The notes under the pieces were generated by a model. The model was not told the DNA's origin and searched no databases. It saw only the letters and a program-made list of their open reading frames with translations. 64,000 bases of DNA, from the NCBI GenBank assembly GCA_038040345.1, contig JBBPIQ010000002.1, positions 36,243-100,242 on the forward strand, given 5' to 3'. Of this stretch, positions 41,341 through 49,950 are shown one piece after another (positions within the stretch are counted from its first letter, which is position 1; every line of letters starts with the position of its first letter). This DNA is from Chloroflexota bacterium. Lineage in GTDB: Bacteria > Chloroflexota > Limnocylindria > P2-11E. The translations under genes and the position numbers were made by a program.

Positions 41341-41406
41341 ATGTCTGTGAGTTCTAGTTCGGAGTGTCCCGGGCGGGTAATCATCGGTGTTTCCCGTGTC
41401 GCACAG

Positions 41407-41524
41407 GTGTTAGGGGAGTCAGGTGAGCTTCCGAGGAATCAGGTGAGGTTCCCGAAAATCGCAAAACCGCGTTTCGATCAATAGCGATGCGGGTCCGTGC
41501 TGGGGAGGGTGGATTCGAACCACC
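41407..41524 (+). repeat. 118-bp direct repeat of 49903-50020 (integrase-proximal flank plus 27 bp of the tRNA-Gln 3' end); relic att junction
   Basis: Constant offset of 8496 bp with 7 mismatches by manual alignment; includes TGCTGGGGAGGGTGGATTCGAACCACC at 41498-41524. Confidence 0.92.
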
Positions 41525-41692
41525 TTTGTCGGGGCAAGCTGTATTCGGAGATCCGTGTTCATCTTTCGCGCAGGCGAGCAATTCGTCCGACGCGACTCGC
41601 GCGTCAATTGCCGTACGCCGCGATGCGATAACGTCCGCCTCGTGGCCGGCGGCACGGCCGAGGCCCGATAGACGAAGGAGTGTGGCGCTGAC

Positions 41693-42097
41693 ATGACACG
41701 AGCGGGACCGGTCGCTGAGTTGATTGCGAAGACGCCCGATTGGCGCGGCCCGATGCTGGCGAAGCTCCGCAAGATCGTCCACGACGCGGACCCCGAGATT
41801 GCGGAGGATGTGAAGTGGAAGCGGCCCAGCAACCCACTGGGCTCGGCCGTCTGGTCGCACGACGGGATGGTGTGTGTCGGGATCATCCTCAAGGAGCGGG
41901 TGAGGCTCTCGTTCTCCGCGGGCTCAAGCCTTCCGGACCCGAAGAAGCTCTTCAACGCGCAGCTCTTGGGCAAGTCGCGGGCGATCGATGTCTCTCAGAA
42001 CGAGAAGCTCGATGAACAGGCACTCAAGGCGATCGTGAAGGCCGCCGTCGGGCACAATCTCGCGAAGACGCGAGCGCGATCGCGAAGCACGAAGTAG
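41693..42097 (+). CDS. DUF1801 (YdhG-like) domain protein
   Basis: DWRG...ADPEIAEDVKW...VWSHDG...LPDPKKLFNA...RAID. Confidence 0.88.
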   Translation: MTRAGPVAELIAKTPDWRGPMLAKLRKIVHDADPEIAEDVKWKRPSNPLGSAVWSHDGMVCVGIILKERVRLSFSAGSSLPDPKKLFNAQLLGKSRAIDVSQNEKLDEQALKAIVKAAVGHNLAKTRARSRSTK

Positions 42098-42184
42098 TAC
42101 CGGGCGCGGCATTCGACGTGATGCCGCATCGCATCCCTGAAGAACCATGTGGCCGCCAGTTCGATCTGGCCCTCTGGCACAGAG

Positions 42185-42853
42185 TCAGCGCTTAGGCGGG
42201 AATAGCTTCCAGTGCCCCTCAGAGATCACTTCGACTTTTCCGTCGACCACCTTGATGGCGGTCTCATCGTCGATCCCATACGTCGGCACCGGTACGCCGG
42301 CCGCCCACGCTTCTACGTTGGCCAGGGAGTTGTCCGGCATGGACGGGTGATCCAGGTGCACACCCAACGCGAAGTCGACCAGTGCCAGCGCTCTGTAACC
42401 CGCAGTCGGGCGATCGTTGTAGGTCTCTCCGAAGCTGGGCGTCACTGCCATACTCCCGGCGCTCACCCCCACATAGACCATCTCGCGCCGCAGCGATGGC
42501 AGCAGGTCCGCGAATCCGGACTGCCGCATCCAGTCGCAGAGATACATAGGGTCGCCGCCTCCGACCAGTAGGGCGTCGACCTCACGGACCAGAGGGATCC
42601 AGTTCTCTTTCTCGACGCTGGGCAGTGCAGTGAGCTCCAGGACCCCGAGCGATTTCCAACCGATTTCGCACAGGGGACCTCGGGCCGTTCCGCTGATGAG
42701 CCGGTAGGCGATCGCAGGTCCTTGGGAGAAGTAGTACGCCGCAGTGGGAATGACCAGGGCGCTGCATTCAGCGATCGGTCTGCCCAGCAGCTCGACCAGC
42801 GCGTTTCGGATGCTCGGATTGGTGATGCCCGCGGAAGTCAGAAGAAACCTCAT
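42185..42853 (-). CDS. Peptidase S51 (peptidase E/type 1 glutamine amidotransferase-like)
   Basis: LTSAG, IPTA, GGGD, GVSAGS, VHLDH and IDDETA. Confidence 0.88.
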   Translation of the reverse strand: MRFLLTSAGITNPSIRNALVELLGRPIAECSALVIPTAAYYFSQGPAIAYRLISGTARGPLCEIGWKSLGVLELTALPSVEKENWIPLVREVDALLVGGGDPMYLCDWMRQSGFADLLPSLRREMVYVGVSAGSMAVTPSFGETYNDRPTAGYRALALVDFALGVHLDHPSMPDNSLANVEAWAAGVPVPTYGIDDETAIKVVDGKVEVISEGHWKLFPPKR

Positions 42854-43147
42854 GATCCCTCCCGGCGAAGCGACGAGTTACCGTGGCGTTCATGAGACGA
42901 CGCTGAAGTCATTGTGAGTTCACTTGGATCACCGCGGGTCGCGAGCTCGCTAGCGTCTCCGGAATTCTGAAACGCAGGTTGGTGGGCGAGCCTGACTACG
43001 AATCAGGTGCTCTCGGAGTCAGGTGACTTTCGATGCCGCGCGACGCCGACATCCACGGCAAAGACGCGACTCGCGGCGATTACCTGATTTCCGATCAGGT
43101 GCCTTGTCGCTTCAGTGAGCTCAGAGAAACGCGAAATCATTGGGATC

Positions 43148-43196
43148 TGCTGGGGAGGGTGGATTCGAACCACCGATTACCTGATCCAGAGTCAGG
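43148..43196 (+). repeat. att site: 49-bp exact copy of the tRNA-Gln 3' half (49994-50042)
   Basis: TGCTGGGGAGGGTGGATTCGAACCACCGATTACCTGATCCAGAGTCAGG occurs at both positions; identity ends just past the anticodon stem. Confidence 0.95.
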
Positions 43197-43402
43197 TAAC
43201 GAAAATCTCGCGGTCAGTCACGAGTTCTGGCGCAAATTCAAGAAATGCGGGGAGCGGGGCCGCTTCCTGGCGTAGAGAATCAGGTGAGCTTCCCGAAGAG
43301 AAGTAATCCGATGGTTCGTGCGCGATCATCTCGACCTGCGTCAAAGGCACTCGTCTAAATAGGCGTCAAACAGGTCAGGGCTTCAAGTGCTGGACCTTGC
43401 CG

Positions 43403-44800
43403 CTAGGGGAGTGGAGTCCCGATGCTTGTCCAATGGACACCGCCGTCGACAGTCCGCTGGGTGAACCCGCGCACGGTCGCGTATCCGGTCGATGCGCTCG
43501 CGAAGATCATCAGTGGAGCGACGCCCGCAGCCTGTGAGTAATCGGATGCGAACGGATGCCAGCTGCTACCGCTATCGGTGGTTTCCAGCGAACTGTCCGC
43601 GAGCGCTATCTGAAGCCAACGCGATGCGGTGACGAAGGCGAACGCACCCGCGCGCGTGACCTCCACGACAAAGTTCCAGGACTTTCCTGCATCTACCGAA
43701 CGGAAGACGTAGAGGTGCGCGTGTTCGCCGATCTGGCCGTACGCCTGCACCAAGAGCGTCGAACCGATAGCGTGGACCGCTCCGGCTTGGAGCGTCACCC
43801 CGGCGCCCACAGTCGTGAAGCCGGGTGGATCTGGAAGCGGTTGCGAGCCCGTCCACGTTCTGCCGCCATCTGTCGTGCGGTAGATGACCGGCGCGTGATT
43901 GGCGTCCCGGCCCGAAATGTAGCCGTGCGTTCGGTCGGCGAAGACGAGCCCGGCTTTGCATTGATCGTCGAGTCCGCTCGATGTGATCTGCTGCCAGGAA
44001 ACACCTGCGTCGACCGTGTGGAATACGAGGACGTTCTGGAAGGTGCACTGCGTCGCCGCGGGACCGTTCAACGTCAGCCATCCTTCGCGATCGTCGACGA
44101 ACGCTATCTCCGGATTCACGAGCGGCCGCGCTGGAAGTGGTTGCTCCGTCCAGTGGTCGCCGCGATCGACAGAGCGGAACAGGTGCGTTCCCGCGACGAT
44201 CGCCCAGAGGGCGCTCGTCGACGTCGGCGCGAGCTGCACAAATGTCGGGAGCGCGATGGGCGTCGGTGAGGCGCCAGGTGTATTGCTCGTGGGGGCGGTA
44301 ACACCATCGCGACATCCGCTGTCCGCTAGCGGAACCGTGATCAGGCGACCGTCGAGGAGAGTCGTTTCGACGCGGTATGAGGCGGCCTCGCTCTCGAACC
44401 TGCGCTCGAGCGCCGCGTCGATTGCCACCCACGTCGAGCTGTGCAGAGCGCTCGCTCGGACACGGTTCACGCAGGTGTCCGGGCCGAAGATTCCGGAGCC
44501 CGCGATCGGGAGCGCAACCACGAGGCCCCCGTCCGCGCTAAGGATCCGAAAACCCATCGCGGTTCCGTCATAAAAGAGCTCGAGAGCGAATGGCTGCGGG
44601 GCTCCGGCGAGTCCATCGACCGCCCATTCGACGCGCGATGGAGTCTGATCGGGAGTGGGCTTAGCGGGCGGGGAGGGGAGAGGCTCGGTGGGCGTGGGCG
44701 CCGTCGGGCTCTGGGCGGGCGCGGCAGCCGGAGGAACACAGCCGGCAAGAGTCGTCGCCAGACCGAATAGGGCGGTGATCACGATGGGCTGCAGCCGCAT
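43403..44800 (-). CDS. Lipoprotein with BNR/Asp-box beta-propeller (YCF48/sialidase-like)
   Basis: Lipobox LAGC, Pro-rich linker and six S/T-x-D-x-G-x-x-W repeats. Confidence 0.8.
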   Translation of the reverse strand: MRLQPIVITALFGLATTLAGCVPPAAAPAQSPTAPTPTEPLPSPPAKPTPDQTPSRVEWAVDGLAGAPQPFALELFYDGTAMGFRILSADGGLVVALPIAGSGIFGPDTCVNRVRASALHSSTWVAIDAALERRFESEAASYRVETTLLDGRLITVPLADSGCRDGVTAPTSNTPGASPTPIALPTFVQLAPTSTSALWAIVAGTHLFRSVDRGDHWTEQPLPARPLVNPEIAFVDDREGWLTLNGPAATQCTFQNVLVFHTVDAGVSWQQITSSGLDDQCKAGLVFADRTHGYISGRDANHAPVIYRTTDGGRTWTGSQPLPDPPGFTTVGAGVTLQAGAVHAIGSTLLVQAYGQIGEHAHLYVFRSVDAGKSWNFVVEVTRAGAFAFVTASRWLQIALADSSLETTDSGSSWHPFASDYSQAAGVAPLMIFASASTGYATVRGFTQRTVDGGVHWTSIGTPLP

Positions 44801-45084
44801 CAGGACGAGAATCCCTCGGAAGGCCGTCGTCCGTCGTCCGAGTTGCGCACGTTAACTCGTACGGCCTCCCGCAGCGGACGGCGCCGCGGTCCCGCGCCAC
44901 CGAATAGCGCCTGTGGACAGCCAGGCGGAGAAGATCGTGGAGAGGAGGGGTTCACGCTCAACAGGAAGGGCCACGATTAGTGCCTGAAACGAACGAATGG
45001 CAAGATCAGACGAGCGGAGGCGGAGAACCACATGAACTACTGGAACCGTCGCGAACCACCGCGACCTGAGACGGCATAGACGCC

Positions 45085-46293
45085 ATGGCAGAACCCGGCT
45101 TCGAAACCAGGCGACTGCGAAGCGCCGACGAGCCTCTGGCGAACTTCCTCGAGGCTTTTCTGCGCCGGACGAGCATCGGTGATAAGACTCGCTACGACTA
45201 CGGGCGGCTGCTCCATGAGTTCGATGACTTCACCGATCATCCCAGCCTGCGAGACGGGCTCACCGACGCCCTCGCGACACAGTGGATTGAAACGCTCAAA
45301 GATCGCGGAGCCTTTGCCGCTCGTAATGGCGCGATGTACCTCAAGTCGTTTGCTACCTGGGCCGCTCGAAGGGGCTACTTAGCAACCGCGACAGGCGTCG
45401 GCGTCCTAGATCACTTCAAAGCGCCGCCGATCACGAAGCGGGTGCGTCGCGCGTACACCGAGCGGGAGCTCATTGCGATCTGGAAGGCCTTAGCGACGAG
45501 TCCCAAGGGTGAACGCAATCGCGCGATCGCGCTGCTGAGAGTCCTTCTCGCGACCGGCATACGACGAGACGCCGCTCGGACCTTACCGCGCCAAGACGTC
45601 GAGATCGATCCCACCCGAAACCGGGGGTCGATCACGGTCCGCGTCAAGAGCGCGCGAGGCGTCACCGATCGAAGAATCCCGCTCGACGTCGAAACCGCTG
45701 CGGCTCTTCGGGCCTATCTTGCCGACGACAAACGGCCAACGTGGGTAGGGCCTGCCCTCGAACCGCTCTTCCTGAGCAAAGATGGACAGCGTTTCACGAC
45801 GAATGGTTTTGGCAGTTGGATGGAACGGCTAGGCGAAGAGATCGAGAGCGCGACTGGAATTCAGTGGACTGCAGAAGCCATGCGGTACACGTCCAAAGAA
45901 GAGTCGAAAGCCCTTATCCACGATGCCGATCTGCGGGAGAAGTGCGGGGCCATGCTCGATACGAACAAGAGGCACGATCAAACCATCTGGGCGGCGTGCA
46001 AGGTCTTGGAACTCCGCGTGCGCAAGATCGTCGGTGCTCCTCGCGGAAAGTCGGGCGTGCCACTCATGAGGTTCGCCTTCGCGGATGAGCCGATTCGGCT
46101 TCGTCTGTCGGACGACGACAAGCTGCAACGCGCAGCAGCGGAGATGTTCACCGGACTAATGTCGTACTACCGGAACCCCGCCACTCATGAAGTGTTCGCG
46201 GACCTCAGCCAGCGCGGCGTGAGAGAAATCGTCGGTTGGGTCGATCATTTGCTGACGCTGGTCGGACAAGCCGATCGTGCGTCAACTGGTTAA
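45085..46293 (+). CDS. Degenerate tyrosine recombinase fused to a TIGR02391/Ymh (HEPN-like) domain
   Basis: Colinear with 48921-49895 (LKSFATW, YT, G-R, PLFL, F...GF...M-RLG). HxxR is replaced by EAMR and the segment with the catalytic Tyr is absent. The C-terminus has ACKVLELRVR...GVPLMRFAF...YRNPATH. Confidence 0.78.
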   Translation: MAEPGFETRRLRSADEPLANFLEAFLRRTSIGDKTRYDYGRLLHEFDDFTDHPSLRDGLTDALATQWIETLKDRGAFAARNGAMYLKSFATWAARRGYLATATGVGVLDHFKAPPITKRVRRAYTERELIAIWKALATSPKGERNRAIALLRVLLATGIRRDAARTLPRQDVEIDPTRNRGSITVRVKSARGVTDRRIPLDVETAAALRAYLADDKRPTWVGPALEPLFLSKDGQRFTTNGFGSWMERLGEEIESATGIQWTAEAMRYTSKEESKALIHDADLREKCGAMLDTNKRHDQTIWAACKVLELRVRKIVGAPRGKSGVPLMRFAFADEPIRLRLSDDDKLQRAAAEMFTGLMSYYRNPATHEVFADLSQRGVREIVGWVDHLLTLVGQADRASTG

Positions 46294-46463
46294 CGCCTCA
46301 GCCCGACGCCGCTCCAAAGGCGACAGCAGACTGACCGGGTGAGAAGGCAGCTCGATGACGCCCGCAGGTGGCCCGCTCGATCGGCGCTTCGGAGTTACGG
46401 TCGCGCGCTAAGCCGATCCTGGTTCATCGCGGCGGAACGCGATACCTGTTACGAATCAGGTCG

Positions 46464-46754
46464 TTACAGAATTCGGAACTGCTTGCGCCCAGGAGGAAAT
46501 AGGACCGTGTAATCCTCGCCCCCGACTTCGCGGTAGGCCGCTGCAAAGTCAGCGGCAACGAGCGGCTTGAGACGGTCAAACGCACGAAGCGGGTCATCGG
46601 TCAAAACGAAGATGTTCATCTCACCGCCTCCGAGGTCGTGGCCGTCGACGACACCGGCGTCCCCAAGCAAGCTTTCGGCCTGTTCCTCAAGAGCGACGAG
46701 GTCATCGAAGTCGCTTGAGGCGGCGGGCGTCTGGAGCACTAACTGGTATTTCAT
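46464..46754 (-). CDS. Conserved small acidic protein (96 aa)
   Basis: MKYQLVLQ...VDGHDLGGGEMNIFVLTDDP...AAYR...VLFPPG. Confidence 0.75.
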   Translation of the reverse strand: MKYQLVLQTPAASSDFDDLVALEEQAESLLGDAGVVDGHDLGGGEMNIFVLTDDPLRAFDRLKPLVAADFAAAYREVGGEDYTVLFPPGRKQFRIL

Positions 46755-46936
46755 TGACTGGACTGTTGCACGGGCGACAAGGCTCGAGTGCGAACCCTCG
46801 GATGTGAGTACCGACGGTTGACCTGATTGCAGATCAGGAGACGACACAGAGTCTCGGATACCTGGCGGATCGTGACCGAGCTCGTAATCGTTAGGGTTCG
46901 GCAACTCAGACGCGCTAAAGACGAACCGCGACGAGA

Positions 46937-48370
46937 ATGGATCGCATGAACCCGAGGCGCGCTCTGAAGCGGGCGGGTTTGCGTGTCGCCTGCGAACCCA
47001 GACGCCCCGAGAACCCTGGCTCCGGCGCTCAACGGGCGCGGCGGGCCGTCCTGACGCTGACCCTGACCGGGCTGCTTTTCGGTGCGTGCGAAGCCGCGCC
47101 CCTGCCTTCCCCATCGCCTGCCGCCCCGTTGGCTCGCGCCCAGGTCGAGCGGCTGTGGATTGATGACCCGAGTTACTTCGTACTACAGCCGGATGAGATG
47201 GTCGTTGACGGAGACCGCGAAATCGTCGTCGGAGTCGACTTCTCGCAGACACCTCGTCACGACGAGATCGAAGGCCGGCTTCGCGCCGGCGCGCCAAGCG
47301 GAAGCGTCATCGAGTGGCTGACCGACCGGCGCGTAACAATGCGCGTTCCTGCTGGTGGGCCATTCGACATCGATCTCAGCTCGGCCGAGCCGGCTCCTCA
47401 ATCAACAGTTCGGCTGTCGACCTCGCTAAGGTTCCACATCGACAGGCCGACCTTCGAGGTCGCGCTCTACCGTCCGAAGGACGTTCTCGCGGGATCGCTC
47501 GCACCAGTGCGGTCGTGGATCGTGCACCTGGCTCTTCAGCACATTTTGTCGTTCGCCGCCGACGGCCATCGCGCACTCGTCTACCACGGACTAACGCCCC
47601 GACGCACGGACTTCTCCATCCTCGACCTCGACAGCGGACAGAAGAGCACGCTCGCCGAACCGTTCATGCAGATGGCGAAGAACGGAACCTCATTAATGGA
47701 CTGGCTCCCAGACGGTCGTCTTCTCGGCGTCGCGCATGCCACCTCGGTTACCGGCGACACCGACGGGCAGCACCCCCTGGAGCTCCCGGGTCTCGTCGGT
47801 CAAGGCGCCGTGCTGTCGCCTTCGGGCCATCTCGTCGCGCTCTGGAGTTACGCGGAGGGCACCGCGGCGATCCTCGATCTCGCGAGCGGGAACCTCCGGC
47901 TCTTGCCAGGTACCTTCCCGCGCTGCACCGTCGGAGGCATCGTGGCGCTTTCCTGGATCGACGACGACCAGTTAGTTATCAGCGACTGCACCGCCGATCT
48001 CGGAGGCACGCCGCGGACGCGTGTGCTAAGCGCGCGCACCGGCGCAACTATCCAGACCCGCTTGGGCGACCAACTCGTGGCGATCCTCGCCGGGGGCGTT
48101 GAGTGGCGCACTCGCGCCGAGCCGGCTCAGACGATGAGCTCGCCACAGGTGGCCGCGTGGCTCGCCGACCCAACGGGGAAGGTCCTCGCAACGCTCGTCA
48201 CAGGGGTGCGCTATCTACCGGCCCCGGACGGGACTGCGCTCGCGTATGCGAATGGCGACGGGCAACACTCAGTGATCATTGACCCAGCGACCGGCCGCCA
48301 GCGCGAGGTCGCGGGCGAAGCGATGACATGGACGAAGCAGGGCGAACTCGTGGTAATCCGCCGACCGTGA
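46937..48370 (+). CDS. Lipoprotein with a TolB/WD40-like beta-propeller
   Basis: TM helix plus lipobox FGAC; repeats FAADG, WLPDG, LSPSG and PAPDG; start uncertain. Confidence 0.7.
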   Translation: MDRMNPRRALKRAGLRVACEPRRPENPGSGAQRARRAVLTLTLTGLLFGACEAAPLPSPSPAAPLARAQVERLWIDDPSYFVLQPDEMVVDGDREIVVGVDFSQTPRHDEIEGRLRAGAPSGSVIEWLTDRRVTMRVPAGGPFDIDLSSAEPAPQSTVRLSTSLRFHIDRPTFEVALYRPKDVLAGSLAPVRSWIVHLALQHILSFAADGHRALVYHGLTPRRTDFSILDLDSGQKSTLAEPFMQMAKNGTSLMDWLPDGRLLGVAHATSVTGDTDGQHPLELPGLVGQGAVLSPSGHLVALWSYAEGTAAILDLASGNLRLLPGTFPRCTVGGIVALSWIDDDQLVISDCTADLGGTPRTRVLSARTGATIQTRLGDQLVAILAGGVEWRTRAEPAQTMSSPQVAAWLADPTGKVLATLVTGVRYLPAPDGTALAYANGDGQHSVIIDPATGRQREVAGEAMTWTKQGELVVIRRP

Positions 48371-48524
48371 CTGAGGTCGTGAGAGGCTTTATGCGATGCG
48401 CGCGTTGCTCCTTCTTGTGCTCGGGCGAGGGTTTCGGCTGCAGACCTGATTCGTAGTCAGGTGCAAAGACAACGTACTTCTCCCGCCGGCAACGTGGCCA
48501 AACGCACGTCCTACTCGGCGACCG

Positions 48525-48570
48525 AGTGTTCTCCGAAGAGAACACTTGGAGAACACGCCATGAGAACACT
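48525..48570. promoter_or_regulatory. Operator-like GAGAACAC repeat cluster upstream of the integrase
   Basis: Inverted repeat AGTGTTCTC-CGAA-GAGAACACT plus further GAGAACAC copies at 48549 and 48562. Confidence 0.5.
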
Positions 48571-48920
48571 TTGAGTGGAGTAGTCACGGTCGGACTTCAG
48601 TTCTTCTCGAAGGATTACGCCATTTCACTGTGGGGCGAAGACAACGGCTACATAGCGCGATCGACACATGTTCCCACGCGATATTCGTCAACTCGTCGCA
48701 AGGTCCGGTCGCAGATGGTCGTGATGTCTCGTTTCGCGCCGCTTCCGTTCCCAACAATCCGTAGATTTCCCGACGGCCTGCTGCCCGCCGGGAAGGAACA
48801 ACATGACCGGCGAACGAACCTTAACAACACAACAGCGACCATTGCGGTGGGCGGAGATGCGTGACGAGCACACGCCCCTTCTAGACTGCGAACGGCCCCG
48901 CTCCCCGCAAGGGAGAGGAA

Positions 48921-49895
48921 ATGTCTCGCACCTTTACAGCTTCATGGGAATCTCTCGTGCGCGGTAAGGACAGCAATCTCGGCGACGTCATCGAAAGCTT
49001 CCTTCTCGCAAAGGAGGCAGAGGGCCGCTCCAAGCGGACCCTTCAGGACTACCAGACCTATCTCCGCGAGTTCGACCGCGTCACTGGCGGCCCGACCCTC
49101 GCGCGGCTCACTCCCGAAGTGGTCACGAGATATATCGCCGAACGACGACGCTCGTCACCGGCCGCCGCTCGCTACGCCGCCGCGATCCTCAAGAGCTTCG
49201 CGACATGGCTCGCGGAAATGAAGTACCTCGCGACGCCGATTGGCGGATCCGTTCTCGCGACCGTCAAAGTGCCGCGCGTCGACCGCCCCCGCAACCCGTA
49301 CACCGATCAAGAAGTTCGCACGATGATTCGTGTGCTCGGCGCGAGCAGCCAGCGCACCCGCGCTCGCGATTCAGCCGCGATCCTCACGTTACTCGGCAGC
49401 GGGCTCCGACTGAACGAGCTACGCGAGCTAGGACTTCCGAACGTGCACATCGCACGGCCGATCGAGGAGAGCTACGTCCTCGTGGCCGCCGAGACGAGCA
49501 AGAGCCGGAGCACGCGAAAAGTCAGACTCGATCCGATGGCCGCCGAGGCCATTCACAAATACATGAAGGACTGGCGACCCGACCGCGCACACGATGGACC
49601 GCTGTTTCTCACCGAAGAGGGCAAGCCATTCAGCCTCTCCGGTTTCAAGAACTACATGGCTCGACTCGGCGATCGCTTCGAAGAAGCGGGCATCGCGAAC
49701 TGGATGGCCCATCGCTCGCGTCACTACTGGGCGACGAGCGCGCACCGCGCCGGCATGAGCGTGTTCGACATCGCCGTCGAAGGCGGCTGGCGCGATCTCA
49801 AGATGGTTCAGCGATACACCAAGAGCCGCCCGTTCGAGGAGCTGCAGCGTCTGCCGACGCCGCTCTCGTTCGTGCTCCAAAAACGGGCTTCCTAA
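48921..49895 (+). CDS. Tyrosine recombinase/integrase (XerC/D-like, no arm-binding domain)
   Basis: N-terminal SAM-like core-binding domain; catalytic R (GLRLNE), K (SKS), HRSR, GW and Y (VQRYT); SD GGGAGAGG. Confidence 0.95.
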   Translation: MSRTFTASWESLVRGKDSNLGDVIESFLLAKEAEGRSKRTLQDYQTYLREFDRVTGGPTLARLTPEVVTRYIAERRRSSPAAARYAAAILKSFATWLAEMKYLATPIGGSVLATVKVPRVDRPRNPYTDQEVRTMIRVLGASSQRTRARDSAAILTLLGSGLRLNELRELGLPNVHIARPIEESYVLVAAETSKSRSTRKVRLDPMAAEAIHKYMKDWRPDRAHDGPLFLTEEGKPFSLSGFKNYMARLGDRFEEAGIANWMAHRSRHYWATSAHRAGMSVFDIAVEGGWRDLKMVQRYTKSRPFEELQRLPTPLSFVLQKRAS

Positions 49896-49910
49896 GAATC
49901 AAGTGTCAGG

Positions 49911-49950
49911 GGAGTCAGGTGAGCTTCCCAGGAATCAGGTGAGGTTCCCG
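49911..49950 (+). repeat. Tandem 20-bp direct repeats GGARTCAGGTGAGSTTCCCR (further copies at 41415, 41435, 43276 and a degenerate one at 43015)
   Basis: GGAGTCAGGTGAGCTTCCCA followed by GGAATCAGGTGAGGTTCCCG. Confidence 0.88.

Noticed and set aside
41589-43075. 13-bp direct repeat GACGCGACTCGCG flanking the DUF1801 and peptidase genes
   Set aside because: CG-rich and short, so it could be chance; it does not coincide with the att boundaries.
43148-43196. Second tRNA-Gln gene (also 41498-41524)
   Set aside because: Only the 3' part is present; the D-arm and 5' acceptor strand are missing, so these are att copies.
48526-48864. 112-aa ORF as an excisionase or regulator
   Set aside because: No HTH or other recognisable motif, atypical composition, and it overlaps the repeat array.
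48921-49895. Classical integron integrase (IntI) or chromosomal xerC/xerD
   Set aside because: No IntI-specific insertion or attC GTTRRRY hairpins were seen, and the gene lies within tRNA-derived direct repeats.
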